Source of the DNA: Gemmataceae bacterium
GTDB taxonomy: Bacteria; Planctomycetota; Planctomycetia; Gemmatales; Gemmataceae
Length of the DNA stretch: 24,542 bases
Assembly: GCA_036557565.1 (NCBI GenBank)
Contig: DATBHJ010000238.1
Span: 1-24,542 of the forward strand
Reading direction: 5' to 3'
The position numbers were made by a program, and so were the translations under genes. Below the pieces are notes generated by a model. That model worked only from the letters and a program-made list of their open reading frames with translations, was not told the origin of the DNA and ran no database searches. Numbering within the stretch: position 1 is the first letter of the stretch; each line of letters begins with the position of its first letter. Of the stretch, positions 8,800-15,873 are shown in pieces.

Positions 8800-9280
8800 A
8801 AAATTCCATCACGAAAACACGAAAGGAGGAAGACACGAATAAGACAGAATAAGACAAAAATCTCAGAGGACGACACGCTTGATGGCAAGCGTGGGAGCAT
8901 TGAAGTTCAACAGCAGGCCGATATGGAGGCCCGTAGCTTTCAAGTAAGATTTCAATTGAGCATAATGAACGTCCTCAAACGCCTTGATCGCCTGGAGTTC
9001 CAGAATGATGGTTTGCTCGATGACCAAATCGAGGCGATGAACGCCCACATCCACTCCTTCAAAGAATACATGAATCTCTTTTTGCCTCTCGAAGGCGATC
9101 TGCCGATGCTCCAAGGCGACTTCCATAGCACGTTGATAAATGGCCTCCAGAAAGCCCGGCCCCAGCGTCTTGTGTACCTCCACCGCTGCCGCCAGAACGC
9201 GCCCCGAAAGCTCCTCAAAGTTGTGTCCCACCTTTTTTTCCTTTCGTGTCTTCTTCCTTTCGTGTTTTCGTGATTCGTTT
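8800..9280 (-). mobile_element. Inverted-repeat-bracketed single-gene cassette: CACGAAW-heptamer arms enclosing a GxxExxY nuclease gene
   Basis: The arm 8808-8839 (atcacgaaaacacgaaaggaggaagacacgaa) is the reverse complement of 9243-9274 with one mismatch. A perfect 10-bp tandem gaataagaca x2 lies at 8837-8856. The unit fills the rpe stop (9281) to GH63 start (8794) interval. Mobility is inferred, not shown. Confidence 0.45.
8863..9231 (-). CDS. GxxExxY protein (PD-(D/E)XK nuclease superfamily, PDDEXK_3-like)
   Basis: The signature GPGFLEAIY (G-x-x-E-x-x-Y) is followed by a core with a PD-(D/E)XK-like layout ([22 protein letters not shown]); I have not assigned catalytic residues. The most plausible start is the GTG at 9231, preceded by aaaggaaaaaaag. 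The ORF-track ATG at 9387 lies inside rpe. Confidence 0.8.
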   Translation of the reverse strand: MGHNFEELSGRVLAAAVEVHKTLGPGFLEAIYQRAMEVALEHRQIAFERQKEIHVFFEGVDVGVHRLDLVIEQTIILELQAIKAFEDVHYAQLKSYLKATGLHIGLLLNFNAPTLAIKRVVL

Positions 9281-9964
9281 TTAGGAAGGAGCAATGGGCA
9301 ATATTGCGGTGCGCAAGCGCTGCATGGCGGCGGCCACACCTTCTGGCGCTCCGAAGATCGCCGAGCCGGCCACCAGCACGCGCGCACCCGCCTCCACTAC
9401 TCGCGTCGTCGTCGCTGCGTCGATGCCGCCGTCCACTTCCAGCTCGATGTCCGCTTTTGTTTCATCGATCATTTGCCGCAGCATGCGTATTTTGCCGAGC
9501 GTGTTGGCAATGAACTGCTGGCCACCGAAACCGGGATTGACCGTCATCACCAATACCAGATCGACATCGGGCAAAATTTCGGCGATGGCAATGGGCGACG
9601 TCGCGGGATTGAGCACGACGCCGGCTTTCTTGCCCAGCGCCGTGATGTGCTGCACGGTGCTGTGTAGGTTGACCGCATTCTCGACATGCACCAGCATGGA
9701 ATCGCCGCCGGCCTTGGCGAACGCGTCGAGGTAGCGGATCGGCTGTTCGATCATCAAGTGAACTTCCAGCGGCAATTTCGTGATGGGCCGCAGTGCCTTG
9801 ACAACTACCGGTCCCATGGTGATGTTGGGCACGAAATGGCCGTCCATGACATCGACGTGAATGCGATCGGCCCCGGCCTGCTCGGCCTCGCGTACTTGTT
9901 CGCCCAACCGCGCGAAGTCAGCTGCGAGGATGGACGGGGCCAACTTGACGACAAGTGGACTCAT
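9281..9964 (-). CDS. rpe: Ribulose-phosphate 3-epimerase
   Basis: Diagnostic segments are LAPSILAADFARLGEQV, IHVDVMDGHFVPNIT, VNPGFGGQ and VDGG. I chose the ATG at 9964 (MSPLVVK), which has AAGGA 8 nt upstream and sits 4 nt after the pgl stop. Confidence 0.9.
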   Translation of the reverse strand: MSPLVVKLAPSILAADFARLGEQVREAEQAGADRIHVDVMDGHFVPNITMGPVVVKALRPITKLPLEVHLMIEQPIRYLDAFAKAGGDSMLVHVENAVNLHSTVQHITALGKKAGVVLNPATSPIAIAEILPDVDLVLVMTVNPGFGGQQFIANTLGKIRMLRQMIDETKADIELEVDGGIDAATTTRVVEAGARVLVAGSAIFGAPEGVAAAMQRLRTAILPIAPS

Positions 9965-9968
9965 ATTG

Positions 9969-10742
9969 TTATCCTTGCACATTTTCACGGGCGAGGGAGG
10001 ACGGTAAACGCGCCGCAGCGGCTGCCTCGACGAACCAGATCAGCTGCCCCTCCGGTTGAATCAATTGCGACGGCAAGCGTTTCGGATCGGGGGGACCAGC
10101 CAGTACCTCGGCCAACCGCTCCGCCTTGTCGGCGCCGGCCACGAGAAACAGCACTACCCGGCCGCGATTGAGGATCGGCCTGGTCATCGTCATGCGATCG
10201 GTATTCAACTGCGGGACATGATTGGGCACGACCCAACGACTGTTATCGTCGAGCGCCTGCGTGTATGGGAACAGCGAAGCCGTATGGCCGCATGGCCCCA
10301 TGCCCATGAGCACCAGATCGATGGCCGGCGGCTCTGTGCCGCTGCTCACGCCGAAGACGCGGGCCAGGACCGCTTCATAATCTCGCGCCGCCGCATCGCG
10401 GTCGGTGCGCTCGGCCTCCATGCGATGAATGTGTTCCGCCGAGATGGGCAGATGCGCCAGCATCGCCTCGCGGGCCATGCGGTAGTTGGAATCCTTGTCG
10501 TCCGGGGGCACACAGCGCTCATCGCCCCAAAAGAACTCGACGCGGCCCCAATCGATCTGCGACCGATACGGCTCGGATGCCAGTAGTTGATAGAGTTTCT
10601 TCGGCGTCGAGCCGCCAGACAGTGCGACAGTAAAGCGACCGCGCGCAGCGATGGCCTCGCCGGCACAGCGAACGAATTCGTCAGCAGCCGCTTTGCTGAG
10701 CGTTTCTACATTAGGAAAAATGCGGACGATGCGAGCAGGCAT
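9969..10742 (-). CDS. pgl: 6-phosphogluconolactonase
   Basis: Family segments are FTVALSGGSTPKKLYQLL, FWGDERCVPPDDKDSNY and DLVLMGMGPCGHTASLFP. The start is the ATG at 10742 (MPARIV). The gene is adjacent to rpe. Confidence 0.85.
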   Translation of the reverse strand: MPARIVRIFPNVETLSKAAADEFVRCAGEAIAARGRFTVALSGGSTPKKLYQLLASEPYRSQIDWGRVEFFWGDERCVPPDDKDSNYRMAREAMLAHLPISAEHIHRMEAERTDRDAAARDYEAVLARVFGVSSGTEPPAIDLVLMGMGPCGHTASLFPYTQALDDNSRWVVPNHVPQLNTDRMTMTRPILNRGRVVLFLVAGADKAERLAEVLAGPPDPKRLPSQLIQPEGQLIWFVEAAAAARLPSSLARENVQG

Positions 10743-10872
10743 GGTGTGGATCTCCGAGAGTACACACGCGATCTCTCCAGGGCATCCTGCCATCCTTGTA
10801 GATTAACTTATCCTGCTACATTGTTCACGGCGACGGGCGAACGACTAGCGGAGTCCTAGTGGAAGCTATACA

Positions 10873-11361
10873 GTGAACAAGATAGTCAATTTCGATGAGG
10901 GCGTCATGAACGAAGCTAATGATCGACTCTCCAACGATCTGATTGGCGTGGCGGGGGTTCACTTCGTGGCCTTCAAACTATCGCTGCGAGGATTGATAGT
11001 CCTTCCTACCATCCGGAACACTGCCGGAATCGATCTGTTAGTGAATGATCCCCGAACCGGAGCACAGGCTGCTCTTCAAGTTAAAACTTCAATGAAGAGG
11101 AATGTTAAGTTCTGGCCGACCTCCAAGCCGGAGAAGTGCATTCATGGTCCTCTGCACTACTACGTCTTCCTGCGCTTCGACCAAGAGGTAGACTGTTTCG
11201 AGGCATTTTTGGAGACCGGGGCTAAAGTAGCGGCGCAAGTGAAGGCTAACGCTCAAGCCTATCTGGACAGCGGTCGGAAAGAGTTCTCTTACTGGGAGTT
11301 GCCGCAGTCCGAGGAAGAAGTCCAAATGCTACGAAATTCGTGGCGCGACTGGAAGCCGTGA
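10873..11361 (+). CDS. PD-(D/E)XK-fold nuclease-like protein (DUF4365-like), function uncertain
   Basis: The segment GVAGVHFVAFKLSLRG...AGIDLLVNDPRTGAQAALQVKTS has the helix / D / (E/Q)xK spacing of restriction-endonuclease-like folds. The gene is visibly less GC-rich than its neighbours. The start is either the GTG at 10873 or the ATG at 10906 (GAGGG 6 nt upstream). Confidence 0.45.
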   Translation: MNKIVNFDEGVMNEANDRLSNDLIGVAGVHFVAFKLSLRGLIVLPTIRNTAGIDLLVNDPRTGAQAALQVKTSMKRNVKFWPTSKPEKCIHGPLHYYVFLRFDQEVDCFEAFLETGAKVAAQVKANAQAYLDSGRKEFSYWELPQSEEEVQMLRNSWRDWKP

Positions 11362-11421
11362 ATAAAGAGGGGTAAAAGGGTCGCCACTCTAAGCGCCCTA
11401 GGTAATGTCACACTCACTCAC

Positions 11422-11832
11422 TTACGAAGGACTCGGCGGGAAAACGCCTTCGTCGATGAGAGACTGCCGCAGAATCACAGCTTGCGGATTATTGATGGAG
11501 AGCACCTGGATCGTTGCCCGGCCAATCGGCGTTCGACCGACCAGTACCGGCCCGGCCCACTGAAAACACCGTTTCCAATGGTGTCTCCGGGGATTGAACA
11601 GTTGCACGAGCTTGCCCGTTTGCGGATCAAGGCTTGCGATATTTGGCCCCTTGAAACTATTACAGTAAAAGCACGCCAGACACAGGTTCTCGGGGACCGT
11701 CTCGCCGCGGTGCTTCTTGGAGATGATGTGGTCAATCTCAAAGGTGAGCAAGGATTGCGTCTGTGCCAATTGACAGTATTCGCATCGCCCCCGTGTCCGC
11801 TGCCAGACAAGTTCAACGAGCGCCTGTTCCAT
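11422..11832 (-). CDS. HNH endonuclease (small, stand-alone)
   Basis: The HNH core is CEYCQ...EIDHIISKKHRGETVPENLCLACFYCNSFKG. It is followed by the LFNPRRHHW...GRTPIGRATIQVLSINN tail seen in small HNH proteins. Confidence 0.85.
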   Translation of the reverse strand: MEQALVELVWQRTRGRCEYCQLAQTQSLLTFEIDHIISKKHRGETVPENLCLACFYCNSFKGPNIASLDPQTGKLVQLFNPRRHHWKRCFQWAGPVLVGRTPIGRATIQVLSINNPQAVILRQSLIDEGVFPPSPS

Positions 11833-11839
11833 CCGACCC

Positions 11840-12118
11840 TCAACGTCCGTGCTTTGTTAGGCTGATGCGCGCCTTCGATCTTATTAGATCCACGAAGTAA
11901 CCAATGCGGAGGTAGCTGTTCAGTTCTTCTTCCTCCGCTCTGGTCAAGTGGCCCTCCCCGTTCTTGACGGCCAGTTCGTGCATCCGGTCGCGATCCGACT
12001 GGTCGAAATCGAGCTTGAGGATCGCCTCGGCCACTTCGGGGGAGAAATCGGCCCGGTTCGGCTTGACCAGGCGTGTCAGGATGGCTGCTTCCGCTTCGGC
12101 GCCGTTGGTTGTTTGCAT
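11840..12118 (-). CDS. Small acidic/helical protein translationally coupled to the HNH gene
   Basis: Its stop at 11840-11842 lies 7 nt from the HNH ATG at 11832. I prefer the ATG at 12118 because the sequence atGGAGGGatgccccATG places an SD 8 nt upstream; the ORF-track start is 12133. The region ILKLDFDQSDRDRMHELAVKNGEGHLTRAEEEELNSYLRIG is helical and charged. Confidence 0.6.
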   Translation of the reverse strand: MQTTNGAEAEAAILTRLVKPNRADFSPEVAEAILKLDFDQSDRDRMHELAVKNGEGHLTRAEEEELNSYLRIGYFVDLIRSKARISLTKHGR

Positions 12119-12164
12119 GGGGCATCCCTCCATTAAAATTTCTCAGCGTTTCACCAGATGTGCT

Positions 12165-13466
12165 TCACTCTTGCAGCCGGAATAGCTTCCGCAAAGCATC
12201 GAGCAGCGTATGTCCACCGCTGCCGCTGTGCGTTTCTTCCGTCAGCGCTGTGATGGGACCGTGCAATATGCGGTTCATCAGCAGGCGAAACGCTCCCTCA
12301 ATGCGACGGCGGTCCTCGTCGGTCAGCCGGCCGTTGAGCTTGCCCAAAAGCTCGCTTACGATCTCACGGCGCTTGGAATCGAGATCCTGCGTCAGTCGGG
12401 CGATCACGGGGCCATGACGCCGGCGCGCCCAGTCCTTGAGGAATGCTTTCGTTTCCTGTTGCACGATCGCCTCGGCCGGCTCGACGTGCTTGAGACGGTC
12501 GGCCAACGTCGCTTCGCGGATTCTTTTCAGATCGTCAATGTTGAATAAGCAGGTGCGGTCGCCGTCGTGGATGGCCGGATCGAAGTCGCGCGGCACCGCG
12601 ATGTCAAGAACGACCAGCGGGCCGCCCGTGCGGCGAGCGGCGATCTGCTCGTAACGCTGACGTGTCACGATCGGTTCAGAAGCGCCCGTCGTGCTCAACA
12701 CAATGTCGGTGCGCGCGAGCAGATCGTCGAGTCTTTGCCAGGGCATCGGCTCGCCGCCACAGCCTTTGGCCACAGACTCGGCCTTTTCGGGACTGCGGTT
12801 GGTGACCCAGATGTGCCGCGGATTTAGCTGCTGTAGGTGCTTGAGTGTCAGCTCGCCCATCTTGCCGGCGCCAATGACGAGGATCGTCTTGTCGTCGAAA
12901 TGATCGAACACTTGTTTGACGTAATCGACGGCGGCGCTGGAGACGGAGACGTGGCCGTGCGCGATGCCGGTCTCCGTACGGACACGTCGAGCGACCTGGC
13001 GGGCGTAACGAAACAGCGCGTGCAACAGCGGACCGACGCTGTCGTCGTGAACGGCCTGTTCGTAGGCTTTTTTCACCTGGCCGGCGATTTGGCCCTCACC
13101 GACGATCATACTGTCGAGGCTGGCGGCGACGCGGAACAGGTGACGCACGGCCTCGGCCTGACGATGGATGTACAGGTGCGGGCGCACGGTGGAGACGGGG
13201 AGATTGTGAAAGTCGGCGAAGAATTCGGCGATGCACTCGGCATCCAGGCGAGCCACCGGGTTTATCCCGGCGGCATCCGGACCGTCGAGGACGCAGCCGG
13301 CGTACAGCTCGACGCGGTTGCAGGTGCTGAGGATGACGGCCTCGCAATCGAAGCCGGTGCATAGCTCGGTGTGAGCGCGGCTGAGCTGTTCGTCCTTGAA
13401 AGCGAGGCGTTCGCGGACCTCGACAGGCGTGGTCTTGTAGCTGCATCCGATGGCCAGAAGAATCAT
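12165..13466 (-). CDS. hemA: Glutamyl-tRNA reductase
   Basis: Family segments are MILLAIGCSYKTTPVEVRERLAF, LSTCNRVELY and the NAD-binding VIGAGKMGELT. The true start is the ATG at 13466. The 143 upstream in-frame codons of the ORF track overlap the preceding gene. Confidence 0.9.
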   Translation of the reverse strand: MILLAIGCSYKTTPVEVRERLAFKDEQLSRAHTELCTGFDCEAVILSTCNRVELYAGCVLDGPDAAGINPVARLDAECIAEFFADFHNLPVSTVRPHLYIHRQAEAVRHLFRVAASLDSMIVGEGQIAGQVKKAYEQAVHDDSVGPLLHALFRYARQVARRVRTETGIAHGHVSVSSAAVDYVKQVFDHFDDKTILVIGAGKMGELTLKHLQQLNPRHIWVTNRSPEKAESVAKGCGGEPMPWQRLDDLLARTDIVLSTTGASEPIVTRQRYEQIAARRTGGPLVVLDIAVPRDFDPAIHDGDRTCLFNIDDLKRIREATLADRLKHVEPAEAIVQQETKAFLKDWARRRHGPVIARLTQDLDSKRREIVSELLGKLNGRLTDEDRRRIEGAFRLLMNRILHGPITALTEETHSGSGGHTLLDALRKLFRLQE

Positions 13467-14269
13467 CGCCCGCCTCCTTGCCCCCAATGGGGCAGAGCGA
13501 TGCAGCCGACCAGCAGCACAAATGTCAGGATCGTTAGCAAGGCGACCGGCCGGCCGCGTAGATGATAACCGAAGCGTAGGTACAAAAGCACGGCGAACGT
13601 CAGCCACAATACGGCGGAAGCCAGGACACGCGGATCGGTCCAGCCAGATAGGTGCGCCTGAAACATGAGGATCAATCCAACGAGCATCCCCGCGGTCAAG
13701 AGCGGGAAAGCGAGGACGATGGCCCGGCGGTTCATGGCCTCGATGCGTTCCAGGCTCCACAGGCGCAGACCGTGGCCGGGCAGCGTCTTGGCGCGCAGAC
13801 GATGAGCCTGCACGAGATACATCAGACTGGCGAGAAAGCCGACGCACAGACCGACTGCGGCCAAGAGCAGCAGCCAACCGTGGATGATTCCCCACGCGGT
13901 CGGAATGGATAGCACATTTCCAGAGGGCGAAAGGGCGCTATCGCCTGGTCGGCCGAATGCCGCACCCAGTCCGACCAGGCCGAGCACCAGGGGCAGCACA
14001 AACAAGCCCCACGATAAACGCTGATGATGCACGGAGCCGACGAGATAGAAGATGGACAGGATCCAGGCGAGGAACAACATCCAGCCATATTGCCAGATAA
14101 GAGGCGGCTGTTGCACCGCCAGGAAGATCGTCTGCGCAAGCAGGCCCGCCGCCCCGAAGGTCAGCGCCAGCCAGCGGACCACAGGCAGCGGCCGAATTTG
14201 ATAGAGCAGCTCCAGGGCCAGGGCGGCGGCGTAGGAAGCGAGAAAGCAGACGATGGTGACGCGATCCAT
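13463..14269 (-). CDS. CcsA/HemX-like cytochrome c assembly family membrane protein
   Basis: The protein is polytopic (about 8 hydrophobic helices). It sits immediately upstream of hemA with an ATGA overlap at 13463-13466, the same arrangement as Bacillus hemA-hemX-type operons. Confidence 0.65.
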   Translation of the reverse strand: MDRVTIVCFLASYAAALALELLYQIRPLPVVRWLALTFGAAGLLAQTIFLAVQQPPLIWQYGWMLFLAWILSIFYLVGSVHHQRLSWGLFVLPLVLGLVGLGAAFGRPGDSALSPSGNVLSIPTAWGIIHGWLLLLAAVGLCVGFLASLMYLVQAHRLRAKTLPGHGLRLWSLERIEAMNRRAIVLAFPLLTAGMLVGLILMFQAHLSGWTDPRVLASAVLWLTFAVLLYLRFGYHLRGRPVALLTILTFVLLVGCIALPHWGQGGGR

Positions 14270-14441
14270 AAAGATATTTCGCCGTGGTCAGATGCCGAAT
14301 CCATCTATCTTACGGCCAATAATGGCAGCCAACAACGCCAGCTCACCACCGAATATCCGTCGAGGTCGATACGTCCTACAATCAAGGAAGGCTGGCGCGC
14401 GGGAGCCGGTCTTTGGCGAGGCTAACTTTGGAGATCTTCGC

Positions 14442-15809
14442 ATGCAAGCGACTCTTCGCTTACGATTCAGGCTCTGTCTGCTTCCGGCTCTCCTCTTGAT
14501 CCTTACTGCTTCCGTGTACGCCGACGATTGGCCGCAGTGGCTCGGTCCGCAGCGCGACGCCATCTGGCGCGAGAGCGGCATTCTCGACAGGTTTCCCGCA
14601 GGCGGTCCCAAGGTCCGCTGGCGGACGCCGATCGGCGCCGGCTACTCTGGTCCCGCCGTTGCCAACGGCCGCGTCTACGTCACTGACCGCGTTCTCGATC
14701 AGGGTGTGAAAAACCCCAGAAATGCCTTCGATTCCAAGTCGCGCATTCCCGGTAAGGAACGCGTTCTGTGCCTGGACGAGAAGAACGGCGGGGTGCTGTG
14801 GAAACACGAATACGATTGCACGTACCAGATTTCCTACGCCGATGGACCGCGGGCCACGCCGCTGATCCACGAGGGACGAGTCTACACCCTCGGCGCGATG
14901 GGCAACTTATTCTGCCTCGATGCCGACAAGGGCAAGGTGATTTGGTCGAAGAACTTTGTGTCCGACTACAAGGCGCCGGTGCCTTTGTGGGGCTTCGCTG
15001 CCCATCCGCTGCTCGACGGCGACAAGCTCATCTGCCTGGTCGGCGGCAACGACCACATCGTCGTTGCCCTGGATAAGAACACCGGCGCGGAAAAGTGGCA
15101 TGCCCTCTCGTTCAAGAAACGAGAGACACAGATCGGTTACTGTCCGCCCATGATCTACACCATCGGCGGCAAACGGCAGCTCATCATCTGGCATCCGGAG
15201 TCCGTCAACGGACTCGATCCCCAGAGCGGCGAACTGTTCTGGTCGCAGCCGTTTTCCGTAAGGGCGAACTTGACCATTCCGACGCCGCGCCAGGACGGTG
15301 ATTTGCTCTTTCTGACCTCATTCTACAACGGCGCCATGATGCTCCAGTTCCAGGGCGACAAGCCGAGCGTACTTTGGCGCAGCGAGGTCACGAGCGAAGA
15401 TCCCAGAAGAACCGACACGCTCAACAGCATCATGCCCACACCGTTTCTCAAGGACGGCTACGTCTACGGCATGTGCAGTTACGGCGAGATGCGCTGCCTC
15501 CGCGCTCCAGATGGCAAACGAGTGTGGATGAGCCTCAAGGCCGCGGAGGTCCCCGATGAGAGCGTGCGCTGGGCCAACGTTTTTTTGATTGCCCAGGGCG
15601 ATCGCTTCTTCTTGCCCAACGAAAAGGGCGATCTCGTCATCGCCCGGATGACGCCGAAATGCTACGAAGAGATCGATCGCGCTCACATCCTGGATCCGAC
15701 CGATCCCTCACCGGGCCGGCTGGTGGTTTGGTCGCACCCGGCCTTCGCCAACAAGTCGATGTACGCCCGCAACGATAAAGAGATCGTCTGCGTTTCGTTG
15801 GCCAAGTAG
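14442..15809 (+). CDS. Secreted PQQ-like beta-propeller repeat protein (BamB/PQQ-enzyme-repeat family)
   Basis: A signal peptide (MQATLRLRFRLCLLPALLLILTASVYA) is followed by DDWPQWLGPQRD. Recurrent propeller blades include NGRVYV, EGRVYTLG, GDKLICL and DGYVYG. The ATG at 14442 replaces the ORF-track start at 14253. Confidence 0.8.
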   Translation: MQATLRLRFRLCLLPALLLILTASVYADDWPQWLGPQRDAIWRESGILDRFPAGGPKVRWRTPIGAGYSGPAVANGRVYVTDRVLDQGVKNPRNAFDSKSRIPGKERVLCLDEKNGGVLWKHEYDCTYQISYADGPRATPLIHEGRVYTLGAMGNLFCLDADKGKVIWSKNFVSDYKAPVPLWGFAAHPLLDGDKLICLVGGNDHIVVALDKNTGAEKWHALSFKKRETQIGYCPPMIYTIGGKRQLIIWHPESVNGLDPQSGELFWSQPFSVRANLTIPTPRQDGDLLFLTSFYNGAMMLQFQGDKPSVLWRSEVTSEDPRRTDTLNSIMPTPFLKDGYVYGMCSYGEMRCLRAPDGKRVWMSLKAAEVPDESVRWANVFLIAQGDRFFLPNEKGDLVIARMTPKCYEEIDRAHILDPTDPSPGRLVVWSHPAFANKSMYARNDKEIVCVSLAK

Positions 15810-15873
15810 CCGGTTAGCCGCGACGCGCAGCGGAGCGCGAACGCGCTCCCCTTCGGGTCGCGGCTAACCGGCT
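15808..15873. terminator. Bidirectional hairpin between convergent genes (17-bp outer arms plus a nested 8-bp hairpin)
   Basis: agccggttagccgcgac (15808-15824) is the exact reverse complement of gtcgcggctaaccggct (15857-15873). The inner hairpin is ggagcgcg aa cgcgctcc (15832-15849). The arms overlap both stop codons (15807-15809 and 15872-15874). Confidence 0.6.

Noticed and set aside
7832-8842. Long plus-strand ORF (336 aa) antisense to the GH63-like gene. Similar antisense or out-of-frame ORFs occur at 2510-3292, 5482-6294, 16352-17113, 18320-18997 and 21130-22077.
   Set aside because: These are shadow ORFs typical of high-GC DNA. They are Arg/Ala/Gly-rich, have no recognisable motifs, and each fully overlaps a strongly motif-supported gene on the other strand.
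9232-9387. An upstream extension of the GxxExxY ORF to the ATG at 9387, and likewise the 8795-8857 extension of the glycosidase ORF.
   Set aside because: The extensions run through the inverted-repeat arms (translated as RKHERKKTRKE and FRVFVMEF) and into rpe. Family-typical N-termini begin just before the ELSGRV and MNTREHE segments.
11475-12125. A 216-aa minus-strand ORF spanning both the HNH gene and its partner in another frame.
   Set aside because: It is Arg/Gly/Pro-rich with no motifs. The two shorter frames carry the HNH motif, a clean SD and tight coupling.
13467-13895. A 143-codon N-terminal extension of the hemA ORF.
   Set aside because: It overlaps the CcsA/HemX-like gene in another frame and is Arg/Pro-rich. 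Canonical HemA begins at MILLAIGCSYKTT (ATG at 13466).
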